From positions 1,365,249-1,427,248 of the forward strand of contig MU058241.1 of NCBI GenBank assembly GCA_013265495.1: a stretch of 62,000 bases of DNA. The letters are read 5' to 3'. How positions within the stretch are numbered: the stretch's first letter is position 1; each line of letters starts with the position of its first letter. The translations under genes were made by a program, and so were the position numbers. Source of the stretch: Vicugna vicugna (lineage: Eukaryota). This document shows positions 50,020 to 61,875 of the stretch, in pieces. The notes under the pieces were generated by a model. It had not been told where the DNA came from, did not search any database, and was given only the letters and a program-made list of their open reading frames with translations.

Positions 50020-50582
50020 GGATCATATGGCAAGTCTATAATCCAGCAATGCCGCTCCTGGGCACGTATCGAGAGAAAACTCTAATTTGAAAAGACACAT
50101 GCACCCCAGTGTTCACAGTAGCACTATTTACAGTCACCAAGACATGGAAACAACCTTAATGTTCACTGAGAGATGACTGGATAAAGACGTGGTGTATATG
50201 TACGATGGAATACTACTCAGCCATTAAAAAGGATGAAGTAATGTCATTTGCAGCAACATGGATGGACCTAGACATTATCATGCTAAGTGAAGTAAATCAG
50301 ACAGAGAATGACAAATATCATATGATATCACTTATATGTGGAATGTAAAATATAATACAAAGGAACTCATTTACAAAATAGAAACAGACTCAGACACAGA
50401 AGACAAATTATGGTTACCAATGGGGAAAGGCAGGGGAGGGATAACAGTCAATATCCTACAATACACCATAATGGAAAAGAATATGAAAAAAACATGTCTG
50501 TATATGTATAACTGAATTGCTTTGCTGTACACATGAAACTAACTTTGTAAATCAACTACACTTCAATAAAAAAATTATATTT
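50020..50582 (+). mobile_element. L1 3' fragment with a short 5' inversion
   Basis: Sense L1 from ~50038 (atccagcaat..ctcctgggc..gcagcaacatggatggacctag). 50020-50039 is antisense L1 sequence. Confidence 0.9.
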
Positions 50583-50950
50583 AAAAAATATGAGTTTCAC
50601 GTTCTAGCTGCATCCCTGGCTGCCTCTGTGACCTATACAAGGTTATTTAACCTGTATCCTTCAGTTTCATTTCTGTAAACTATGGGTATTTCCCAGTTCA
50701 ATGTTAAATTGATCCAAGTACAGCATTTAGTATCACCCTGGACATATATTCATTGTTCTTTAAACATGACCATTTGAACTTATTCCAAAGGAAAATACGG
50801 GGGACCCAGTAGTATCTCAAGGTCAAGCTATTCAGCCAGAGTTGAGAATTAGGAACTAGAAAGTAAGTAGAGGCACTGGTATCTGTGCATAGAGATGACA
50901 CTTAAGACCAAGGGAAGGGGGTGCAAGAGTATGTATAAATAGTGTGTTGG

Positions 50951-51339
50951 TGTCGCGATATGATGTTCACATACACACCGTATGCGGAGAGAGCGGATGG
51001 CTACTCTGAAGCTTTATTAAGTTGCAGTCTTACATAGCAAAGAAGAATGACAAGGGAAATGGTTACAGGCAGCGTCTGGCTCAAGGTCAGAAGACCCTTT
51101 ATGCTGGTAAATCATGTTCGTGTTGGCACCAGCGAGCCTTACAGCTTATCGGGGCGGAACGTATGAGAAACGGCTGCTTCACAACATTTTTCCTGGACTC
51201 AGGCGGCTGTGTGTGTCTTAGGTTCCCCCCTCTGGGGACCTTACCCGACCTTGGCTAACCAGCCTTCTCACCTCTGAGTCTGCAGCTTTTTACGACTTGT
51301 TTCCCATTCCGGCCCAAGGCTTGTTCCTTGGTTCCCACA
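50951..51339 (-). mobile_element. Young CpG-rich solo LTR with 5-bp TSD
   Basis: Reverse complement reads TGTGGGAACC...AATAAA...atatcgcgACA. The flanks gttgg (50946-50950) and gtcgg (51340-51344) differ by one CpG transition. Confidence 0.8.
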
Positions 51340-51832
51340 GTCGGGGGGCTACATAGTGATTTCTGAAACACAGACTTATGTTTGTACTGTAACATTCAGA
51401 TCAGAGTACAGTTTATAGAAATAAAACCCTGGAATGAGAACACGGCTTGTATGAGTTCTCCCACCTGCTGACTAGTCTCACCACTTTTGCCATATTAAAA
51501 TCTTCCCTTCTCCCGCCGGGGAATTCACAGTTCTGCTTCGTCTGCTGTTGCTGGACTCAGTGTCCCCATCCTCACTCAGGAAGCTTTGTGTTTCATGTGT
51601 GACATATCTGAATTTTTGGCCTGCCCCTCACTCTCTCCTTGGACAACAGAGCTGCCTGATACTGGCACGAACAAGAAGAGGTGGTACTTACTTCCACATC
51701 CTCGTGTTTTCCTGGGCACCGACCTTCAGCTTGTTCCGCTATCACCCTGGATTTCACTCAGATCCTCCCAAATGGGAGTTTTCTTTTTCCATTTCCATGC
51801 TGAAGGGTCTACAAAGTCTACAAAGAAGGTGT

Positions 51833-52010
51833 TTTTCTGTTTTAAATTTTTTTCAGTTCCTTTTAATCTTTTAAAAAATCTGTTGGGTTTTTCTGGAGGT
51901 AACTAGGTTTATTTACTATGTACTTATTTTTTAATGGAGGTGCTGGGGACTGAACCCAGGACTTCGAGCATGCTAAGCACACGATCTACCACTGAGCTAT
52001 AACCCTCCTC
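51833..52010 (-). mobile_element. tRNA-derived SINE (Vic-1-like) with degenerate 16-bp TSD
   Basis: Reverse complement reads GAGGGTTATAGCTCAGTGGTAGA..GTGCTTAGCATG..GTCCTGGGTTCAGTCCCCAGCACCTCC. The TSD copies are tctacaaagaaggtgt and tctacaatgagggcgt. Confidence 0.9.
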
Positions 52011-53029
52011 TCTACAATGAGGGCGTGATGAAGGCTGCCAGCTGTTCACCAAATCCTCTTTCCCTTCTTCATCTGGCCTCTTCTTTGGCAATGCACCAAA
52101 CGGCACTTCCTCGGGGCCTGTTCTCAGCTGGGTGCTGCCACCTCACGACGTCCCACCCGGTGGCTGGCCAGCAGAAGTGTGCCCCTTCCAAGCCTGGCTC
52201 AGAAACATCACCTGTGAGTCTCGGTCATGTTTTCCCCCTTTCTGCTGCTGGGGGAGGGGTGACCTTGCAGTAAAACCCTGGACACTGAAAATCGAAGACA
52301 GATCCCTGAAAGACTGCTTGGAGCAGACAATCCCCTTCCATCCAAGCCTGCTCACTCGGTGCACCCACCTTGGACCGCTAGCGAGAAGACAACTTCTGTC
52401 GGACTACAGGAACCTTTAATCGTTTCTGTTTGACTGGTGTTACAGCAGTTTGGCATACTCAAATGAATTCAGCAAATCTAGCTATCGGAATGGTCCTGAC
52501 CCTCTGGGAAAGTCCAAAACATCCGCTCCCTGCGAGGGGTATCCAGATGAACAAGGTTTCCTCTCTTCTGCTGAATGTGTTTTCTATAGCACCAGCTGAC
52601 TCTCAAGAACACACAGGTGGAATTTCAGTCCATTTTTTATGGAGGCATAGACGACCCTGGTATAAAGCCTCAGATTCTTCCCCACCCTCAAGACCCTGTT
52701 CCACATAAATTCATGTGTTTGAAGGCTCGTCCCTCACACCTTCTGAGCATTGACCATACTGCAACTTGATAAAGCATTGGCGAAATATTAAAAACTCTGA
52801 GAAAGTTCCCCACAAAGTTGATAGGAAACACATATAAATGTGTAGGTTTGACAACCTTCTAGCCAATCATTTTTAAGCAGAAGTGATGTGTGACACTCTG
52901 AGACTGGTTCCTAAAATGCTTCCATGAATCTCCTTCATGTTCCTGCTGCCTGGGAGGGAGACGATCCCACCCCTCTCCCAGGAAAACCTTGGACATTATG
53001 AATTTTTTTAATGTTAAAAAAAACCCACT

Positions 53030-53490
53030 GTAGTAAGAACACTGTGCCTGCTTATAGCTCTGCTTTTCAATAGAGTCATAACAGAGCAGGAAAAGGTCCA
53101 GGGAAGGGAAGCCAGAACGAGTAGATGTCCAGGGCTGCAGCTCTATGCAGAAAGCCTTAAAGAATTACTGTGATTCCATCTGTGAAAGCCAGAGCTGGCA
53201 GGGCAGATGACTGAGGTCCATAAACTCATAAAAGGTAGAACTGAAATGAACACAGACTTGGTCGCCAAATCCCAGTATGCCACGCTGACGCTCTTCCCCT
53301 CACAACTAGAAAGAAGAAAATTTAGGATAAACAGAGGAAGGATAATTTAACAAAACAAAGCAGGTTAGCAAGGACCCCATGTGCGGAAATCATGACCTAG
53401 AAGACCAGAGGCCAACTGCAAATATTTAAAAAAAAAAAAAGCTTCAAATGAGTACTAGAAGAATTCACACATGACAGTTCTATTAAGGGA
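53030..53490 (+). mobile_element. Ancient CR1/L3-type LINE fragment (RT C-terminal region)
   Basis: gagcaggaaaaggtccagggaaggg..tatgcagaaagccttaaagaatta..atgactgaggtccataaactcataaaagg..gaacacagacttggtcgccaaatccc..tttaggataaacagaggaag resembles the L3b/Plat_L3 consensus. Confidence 0.7.
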
Positions 53491-54452
53491 GCTAAAATGA
53501 TGCCTAAAAAATTAAAGAGGCTTAAAAAGTGTCCAAAGATGAACGGCGGACAGTTAGAAATATGTCCAGATTTTGAATCTCTGTAACAAAGGCATACACA
53601 CACATCCTTGGGAGCTGTGCAGCGTGGAAAACTGCCCCTGCCTTGCCTCTTCTTGTTAGTTGCAAACGATGTTTGTTATTTCTTGCAAACTACTTTTGCT
53701 GTTAGATGTATTTTCTATCAGCCCAAGTGCTGTTTTTATGGAATTGCCCACGGAGAGAAGACCATTACGGATCCTGAGCAAGGAGAGGAGGCTCTGGTAA
53801 ACTACTAAATTTAGATACGACGGAGCCCGACACTGAAATTCTTAAATGACCCCACTTTTCAAATCTCCTCCAGCCATGAAACAGACCCACTAGTGTTAAG
53901 ATGTAGTGCAGGCAGTTTCAAGGGATACGGAGACATTCTGTTACCAGAGCAGGAATATAAATCACAAGAGCCATTGATTCAATCCCTGGATGCTCACAGA
54001 TTAAATACAGTTACTTTGAAAAGTCCAGCTCCACAAAACTGTTCTTTATACATGTTTGCAGTTGAAAGCAAGTAAATGTGGCTTCTGGTTGCTATGAAGA
54101 CCATCACAAATCCTCAACTTTTCTAGAAACTCTTTCAACTGGGAAAGGGCTCTCAGGCTTTGGAAACAATCCTACTCCCAAACAGAAATAATCATACTCA
54201 ACTGATTAAACATTAACATGGATTATGCATGAACGTCACGCAATACAATTTTTTTACAAGAGTGAGCTTCTATAAATCAGTTCTGAAGTGTGTCTTACAC
54301 ATTCTGGCGAGAGTAGTAAAAATGGCCACTGGCACCACTGGGAACTGGAGTCTAGACCACAGCTGAATCTGTTTAATCAATAAACAGAGGTTTATTAAAT
54401 ATTTATTGTCAACATCTGAGTTCTCAAGAAAGAATAAGCATTGCAGAATTTT

Positions 54453-55637
54453 ATTTATTTATTTATTTGTTTGTTTGTTTAATTTTACTGATTGAAGTAC
54501 ACAAATTGATTTAAAAGGTTGTGTCACTTTCTGGTGTACAGCAAAGTAACTCAAGTTCCATATATATAATATATATATATATATATTATATATATATTAT
54601 TTTTCAGATTTTTTTCTTATAGGTTATTACAAGATATTGAACATAGTTCCCTGTGCTCTACAGTAGGTCCTTGGTGTTTATCTGTTTTATATATAGTAGT
54701 TTGCATCTGCTAATCCCAAACTCCTGATTTGTCCCTGCTGCTCTTCCTCTTGGGCAACCATAAGTTTGTTTCCTATGTCTGTGAGTCTATTTCTATTTTA
54801 CAAATAACTTCACTTGTATCCTATTTTAGATTCCACATAAGTGCAACCATATGGTACTTGTCTTTCTCTGTCTGATTTACTTCACTTAGTATGACCATAT
54901 CTAGGTCAATGCATGTTGCTGGAAATGGCATTTCATTCTTTTTTATGGCTGAGTAGTATTCCACTGTGCGAGTATGTGTGTACACCACTTCTTTCTCCAT
55001 TTATCTGTCAAAAGACATTTAGGTTGCTTCCGTGGCTTGCCTACTGTAAACAGGGCTGCTATGAACACTGGGGTTTATGTATTTTTGCAAATTAGAGTTT
55101 TCTCTGGATAAATGCTTAGGAGTTGGATTGCTGGACCATATGATAACTCTACTTTTAGTTTTTTAAGGAAATTCCATACTGTTTTCCATAGTGGCTACAC
55201 CAATTTACATTCCCACCAGCAGTTCAGGAGGGATCCCCCTTTCCCATACTCTCCCAGCATTTATTATCTGTAGACTTTTCGATGATGGCCATTCTGACTG
55301 GTGCAAGGTGATACTTCATTGTAGTTTTGATTTGCACTTCTCTAATTAGCAATGCTGATTTTTTTTCCAATTATCTTTTCATGTGCTTATTGGCCACTGG
55401 TATGTCTTCTTTGGAGAAAGGTCTGTTTAGGTCTTCTGCCCATTTTTTGACTGGGTTCTTTGTTTTTGGATATTGAACTGTATGAGCTTTTTGAATATTC
55501 TGGAAATTAATTTCTTGTCAGTCTTACAGTTTACAAATAATTTCTCCCATTCCATAGGTTGTCTTTTCATTTTGTTGATGGTTTCTTCTGCTATGCAAAA
55601 GCTTGTGAGTTTGATTAGGTCCCATTTGTTTATTTTT
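54453..55637 (-). mobile_element. 5'-truncated L1 with 14-bp TSD
   Basis: (TTTA/TTTG)n tail and antisense ORF2 3' sequence (ccaatttacattcccacc, ggccattctgactggtg). The TSD copies are cattgcagaatttt 54439-54452 and cattgtagaatttt 55638-55651. Confidence 0.92.
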
Positions 55638-56101
55638 CATTGTAGAATTTTTTTTAAAAAGGCCAGTACTGTCCAGCTGAGAATTTAATGCCTCTGAAGT
55701 TAGTTTCTAATGCATTTCTGTGCAGTATTCCAAATTCATGGCAAAAATATCATGAGTGAGTATGGTGCTATAGCAGATAATTGCTACCTTTTTACACCAA
55801 TGGGTGCTTTTGGACATAAGGATGTAACTTAGTACTTCTCATGATTTACTCTTAAAATGCTGGCAAATGTCTGCTGGCTGCACTTGTACCTTTTAATAAT
55901 GGTGATCAAGGTATATTAACTCTCATGGCCAAACACATATTTTTTTTTTAATTCTGGTGGTATAAATATAGACCTTTCCATTAAAATGTTTTATAACCAT
56001 CCAAAGGGTAACCCTTTAAAATCACTGTAATTTTGTTATCCTTTACCCTAACCCCACCTTCCCTCTCTGATCCCGTACCTCCCTCCATGGCCCTGCCTCT
56101 C

Positions 56102-56456
56102 CTTCTGCCACTTCCTGTCCCCTCTCTCTACTTCTATGTCCTTTCCTGTCCCCTCCCTACTTCTGTCACTTTCTGTCCCCCTCCCTAATTCTGTCACTTC
56201 CTATCCCCTCTTTCTACTTCTGTGTCACTCCCTGTCCCCTCCCCTACTTCTATGTCACTTCGTCCCCCTCCTTCTGTCACTTCCTGTCCTCTCTCCTTAC
56301 TTCTGTTCACTTTCTGTCCCCTCTCCCTAGTTCTATGTCACTTCCTGTCCCCTCCTCTACTTCTGTGTCACTCCCTGTCCCCTCCCCTACCTCTATGTCA
56401 CTTCCTGTCCCCTCTCCTTACTTCTATGTCACTTCCTGTCCCCTCCTCCTATGTCA
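56102..56456. repeat. Minisatellite, ~29-30-bp unit (CTTCTATGTCACTTCCTGTCCCCTCCCCTA), ~12 copies
   Basis: Directly visible degenerate tandem array that is pyrimidine-rich on the + strand. Confidence 0.92.
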
Positions 56457-56569
56457 ATTTGTGGGACTGCCCCCTCCCACTATGACACTGCCTGACCTCT
56501 GTCCTCCGTACCACTTCTTGTCTGTTCCCCTCAATGACCTGTCCCACCAAAATTCATACTCAAATCCCC

Positions 56570-56930
56570 CAATTAAGGAGCACTCTTGACATGAAGGACA
56601 TAGGGTCAGGCAGAGAAAGATGTTGACACAAAAATCATCATCAAAGACCTCAGCTGATCTGACGGAGGTCTCTGGGACTGGGACGGGCTCTGAAGGTGAC
56701 CGAACCGTGAAGTGAGGTGGAGGATCAGCATTTACGCCCCTGCTAGGACCAGGTATTAAAGGCAGGCTGCCAGTTGAGTGGGGGCACTACCCTGCATGAA
56801 GCAGCTGTCTTCAAATGAGATCGATTCTGGAAGAGATTCAGCTGAGATCTGTCAACACAACACTCTCAGAAGGTGGGGGAAGAGACACCTCCGTCCTGCA
56901 GGAGTGTCTAGGGAGGATGCCCCGCCTCCA
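56570..56930 (-). mobile_element. LTR33-like ERVL LTR fragment
   Basis: gacctcagctgat..ctctgggactggga..ggctgcc..gcagctgtcttca..tcagctgagatctgtca..caacactc resembles LTR33. Confidence 0.55.
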
Positions 56931-58344
56931 CCACCCCAACCGCCTCTAAGGAACTGTGCTTGTCCCTGAAAAGGGTACAAGGAACAGTAAAATGCCATCT
57001 GTACCCTCAGAAAGCATAAAACTCCATTAGAAAAAGGAGACATATATGCATGCCTGAGTAGCCCTCTTTGAATCTCTGCACCAGAGATAGGTCATGAAAC
57101 CTGGATTTTAAATCCTTTAAATCATTCATTGGATACAAACAGAGAAATACATCGATAATTTTAGAGGAAGAATCTATACACTGTGGTCCAGGGGCCAAAT
57201 CCTGTCACCACCTGCTTTAGGAAATAAAGCATTGTGGAAGCGCAATCATACCCATTCACTTACCTACTGGACTGACAGGTCACCTGGAACCGCAAGGGAC
57301 AGAACAGACACAGATCCTAATGAACTGACACAAGAAAGAAGCAATCTACAGATGAAGAGACTACGACACAAAGTTCATGGTCCCGGTCTAGGAAGGACTG
57401 GGGCAACTGGTTTCTTATGGAAAATTAGTAAGGGCTGGCAAATTAATTAGGAATAGACAGTATGGAAATAATTTTTTCCAGTAGCTAAAAACTAGATTTT
57501 TCAATAAATTTCTGCAGACCCCAGATAGAAAGAGCAATTCAAAATACAAAATACCTCAGCCAGCATCCTTCCATAAACAAGCTCAAAGGCTCCAATTGGA
57601 GCTTTTGTAGCCACAGAGTTTTCCAGAGGTGACACCAGACCCATCAGAGACAAAACTCTGGCTGAAGGCTAAGGGGCGCAAAGAGACATTTGTATTCCAG
57701 CTATGAATCCAGAGCCACTTGCCTAAATGACACCCGAGGGTTTTCACTGAGACCCTCTGAATTATAATTTCTGGCTTTATTGCCTATTTCATCTGGGCCA
57801 CTTCCAAATGGACCTTCTGGCACGGTTATGTACTATGATAGAGTGATATTCGCTTTAAAAGTCATTACCTTAATCATCTCTGCTACTTTGATTTAGGGTG
57901 AGGGATGGCTGATTTAGTTTTCTTGCTTATTGTAAGAACTTGACCCAGAGTAAAAGGAGTTTTATTTTTAAACTGAAACTGTGGCACACAAAAGTGCAGG
58001 GCACATGGCTTACGGTTTTTCCTATACACAGGTGTTAGATCCAACTGGACAATGTAATGTTGCCTGAGCTGAATCAGCCACAAAAATGTCTTGTTTGCTC
58101 GAGACAAGAGACTAGAAACATGTGATTTATTGGGTATCTTCTGAATCCAGTTTGAGGACATGGGAACATCAGTACTCACAATGCCCATCCATTAGGAGTA
58201 AGACTGTAATGGCTTATGCACTCAAATCAGTGGTTAGACTTCTCGTCATAATTCGACTAATAATGTTGGCGAGAGGTAGGCTAATGGGTACATTCTGAAA
58301 TATTTTTGATTTATTTAAAGTAGTTTCTTACGGGCAATACAAGT

Positions 58345-59385
58345 AAAAATAGATAAATGGAATTACATCAAAATTAAAAACCAAGCATCTTAGGACACGA
58401 TCAATAGAGTGAAATGCAACCTACAAAATGGGAGGAAATAATGGCAAATCTGATACCTGACAAGGGGTTAATATCCAGCATAAATAAAGAACTCCTACAG
58501 CTCAACAACAACAACAAACACAAAGAACTCAATTAAAATATGAGCAAAGTACCTGAATATATGTATTTCTCCAAAAAGGATATACAAATGGCCGACAAGC
58601 ACATGAACAGAGACTCCACATCAGTAATCAGCAGGGAAATGAAAATTGAAACCACAGTGTGATCCCACCTCATACCCATTAGGATGGTGACTATCAAAAA
58701 ATAGAAAGTAACAAACGCTGACAAGGAGGTGGACAAATTAGAACCCTTGTGCACTGTTGGGGGGATAATGTAAATAGTGTGGCCACTATGGAAAATATTA
58801 CAGGGATTCTACAAAAAAAAATTCAAAGTAGCATTACCATACGATCTGGCAATTCTCCTTCTGGGTATATACGCAAAAGAACTGAAAGCAGGGTCTCGAA
58901 GAGACATTTGTATATACATGTTCAGAGCAGTGGTTTTCACAATAGCCAATAGATGAAAGCAACCCAAGTGTCTTATCAACAGATGCATGTGGTCTACACA
59001 CACCATGGAATATTACAAGCCTTAAAAAGGAAGGGAATTCTGAAATCTGCTACAATATGCATGAACTATGAGGACCTGATACTAGTGAGATAAGCCAGTC
59101 ATGAAAGAAATACTGTATAAGTCCACTGATGTGAGCTATCTAGAGTAGTCCATTCACAGAAAAAGAAAACAGAATGGTGGCTGCCAGAGGCTGGGGGGAG
59201 AGGAGTGTGGGGAATTGTTACATAATGAATACAGAATTTCAGTTTTGCAAACTGAACGAAGTTCTAGAGCTTGGCAGCACAATCACGTGAATATACTTAA
59301 CAGTAGTGAACTGTAGATTTTTAAATGGCTAGGATGGTGCATTAAATATGTTACGTATATTTTACCACAATTTTAAAAAATTTTA
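58345..59385 (+). mobile_element. L1MB-type 3' fragment (ORF2 end plus 3' UTR)
   Basis: agataaatggaattacatcaaaattaaaaa..gaactcctacagctcaacaac..gaacccttgtgcactgttgg..agaatggtggctgccagaggctgggg. Confidence 0.9.
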
Positions 59386-61108
59386 ATTTAAGCATAGTTT
59401 CTTAACATCAAGAATTTGCACCGTTTTGTTTGCTTTCAATCGAAAACGTGTAAGTCATAGGTAGAATGAATGTCTTGTGTGTCGACCTAAAAACGTAAAT
59501 GGGACTGTTTTCATCAAACACAATAAATGGACTACTCACGTAGCTGCTCTATTTTTATGAAGTGTTTCTAAGCCAGACAGAAATGTCGGGAGCTGATGTG
59601 AAATGTCTGAAGCCCCCTTCACCAGTCCTGGTTCTGAACGGCAATGTGCTGATTGTAAACTACGGTGATTAGCCAACCGGCTTTCCATTAAAATCAGCAT
59701 TGAACTTTGATGTTTGCTAAGCTGCTTTCAGTGATGATACAAATGGATGGGGCTGGAGGGGTGGGTGGTAAAGGACAGGGTTTCTAGTTATGTGAGGATT
59801 GAATGAATATTTCAGTTTCTGAAAGCTAACATTTACAAAGAAACTTCCTAGGATAACAGATTATTCTGTGCCCTCAGCAAATACTGATCAAGCACTTTTA
59901 GGAACGCTGGAAGCTAAAAAGAAAGATACCCTGTTCATTTTCCCCAAGTAGATACGCAAGATGAATGTCTAGGGAATTATGAAAAATTCCAGGTGGTTAC
60001 ATCATAACATGTAGACGTCACAACACAAAATGTAAACACAGTCGTATATAACCCGACTTAGCTCTTCTAGGATGTGGGCTCAGGCAGAGCTTACCAGAGT
60101 GGTCCGGGGCTCCCATTATGGGATAGAGCAAGGAGACTGGGGCTGGAAAACTGCACCGGGAAGTCACTCAGTGTGTAAGGGGAAACACGGAACCAGAGCC
60201 CACCCAGTCAAGAACCACGGCTGCGGTGATGCAGACAGCAACAGGGGACAACAGGAGAGAGTAAATCCTCTCTCCCCTCCTGCTGCCTTCCTGCACCTTC
60301 TGGTGCCCCCATGGGTGGCACCGAATAGGAAGCCAGCTAAGAAGAAAGGTGCCGTCATCCCCATGGAGAACAGAGACGGTGGGTTTGCAACTGAGACATA
60401 CAGGCTAAGAAACCAGCCCGGAGACCCTGAATTTCTTTAGATTCCCTCCTCAGTGAGCACTGTATGCTCAGCACCCTCTACCTTCCCACCGAGGGACTTA
60501 ATTCACCGCCTACTGACAGAATACAGATGTGCCTGGCTTTGGCTTATTACAGAAACAGAAAGGATAAACATGCACCCTGAGAAACAGCAAAGCAGGGTCC
60601 TGCTCCGTGGCCAGACCACACTGGGTCGTGTGGGGTGCCCCTCCTGACACGTGTATTCAGGCAACACCAGCTGAAAGCCAACAACAACAACAAAGCAAAC
60701 TTCGCGAGCTGTCTGAACTGACAGCACAGGGAGCAGATAGACCAAACTGAGGCACCACGCGCTGCCTGGACAGAAGGCATTTCTGACAGCCATTCGGTAG
60801 AGAATTCTCCGTTCCTTGCCGTGCTGACTCACAACTGGACACTGAAGGACAGCTGCTACCCAGCCCACCAAGACCTCCCTCCCAGACCTCAGGAACAAGA
60901 AGAAGAATCCTAAAAGGCTCTCCTCTCCTGCTGGGTCTTCTTGCATCTGTTCAACCACTGGTCATTCACTGAGAGATTCAACAAAAGTTAAGTATCTCAC
61001 GGATACCCAGTACTGTATGGATGCCTGGTCTCTAATTAAAAGCCGATCCCATAGCTAATTCCCTTTTCTTACAGCATTTAAAGTAGCTCAATTCAAATGT
61101 CAGGAACA

Positions 61109-61251
61109 GGGGGGAGGGTAAAGCTCAAGTGGCAGAGCACATGCTTAGCAGGCGTGAGGTCCTGGGTTCCATCCCCATGTACCTCCACTGAAAAACCAAA
61201 TAAATAAACCTAATTACCTCTCCCCTGAAAAAAAAAAAAAACTTTTTTTTT
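61109..61251 (+). mobile_element. tRNA-derived SINE (Vic-1-like) with 14-bp TSD
   Basis: GGGGAGGGTAAAGCTCAAGTGGCAGAGCACATGCTTAGC..GGTCCTGGGTTCCATCCCC followed by an A tail. The TSD copies are aaatgtcaggaaca 61095-61108 and aaatgtcagggaca 61252-61265. Confidence 0.92.
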
Positions 61252-61462
61252 AAATGTCAGGGACAGACTATCACTCCTAGGAGACTCTCCAATATTTATC
61301 TGGAGGTATTTGATCACCTACTTTTCACAAGTGCTGCCAGCTGCGGATGCTACAGGTGACGTGTGTTCAGAGTCAGGCGGCTACAAGAGCAGACATTCGA
61401 ACTGACCTGCCGATGAACAGAAGGTCATGCCCTGCTCGGTTCAAGAAGAAGTGGTTTTCATC

Positions 61463-61760
61463 CACAAAATAGAAACAGACTCACAGACACAGTGAACAAT
61501 CCTATGGTTACCGGGGAAAGGGGGTGGGAAGGGATAAATTTGGGAGTTTGAGATTTGTAAATGTTAGCCACTACATATAAAAGTAGGCTAAAAAAAAGGT
61601 TTTTTTCTATAACATAGGGAACTAGATTCAGTATCTTTTAATAAACTTTAATGATACATATGAAAATGAATGTATGTATGTACACGCATGACTGGGACAT
61701 TGTGCTCTACACCAGAAATTGACACACTGTAACTGTTAAAAACAAAAACAAAAAAAGAAT
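61463..61760 (+). mobile_element. Lineage-specific L1 3' end
   Basis: agaaacagactcacagaca..tatggttacc..gggataaatttgggagtttgagattt..gcatgactgggacattgtgct.tacaccagaaattgacac, then an A tail. Confidence 0.88.
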
Positions 61761-61875
61761 GAATAGAAACATAGAAAGAAAAAAAGAGAGGCGAGAGAGA
61801 GGAAAAAAATTGATTTGGCTCCTGTTCAAGAGCTGCCTTTTTGGAAATGCTTGTTTTTATGATGCCATGGCTTCT

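Noticed and set aside
56136..56589. Repetitive peptides (MSLPVPSPTS..)
   Set aside because: These are just translations of the minisatellite.
60030..60420. Possible old MLT1-type LTR (also near 3830-4160)
   Set aside because: Only short motifs are reminiscent, and neither the family nor the boundaries are supportable.
61109..61190. tRNA gene
   Set aside because: It has a tRNA-like head but also a SINE body, A tail and TSD, so it is a SINE. The same applies to the other three copies.
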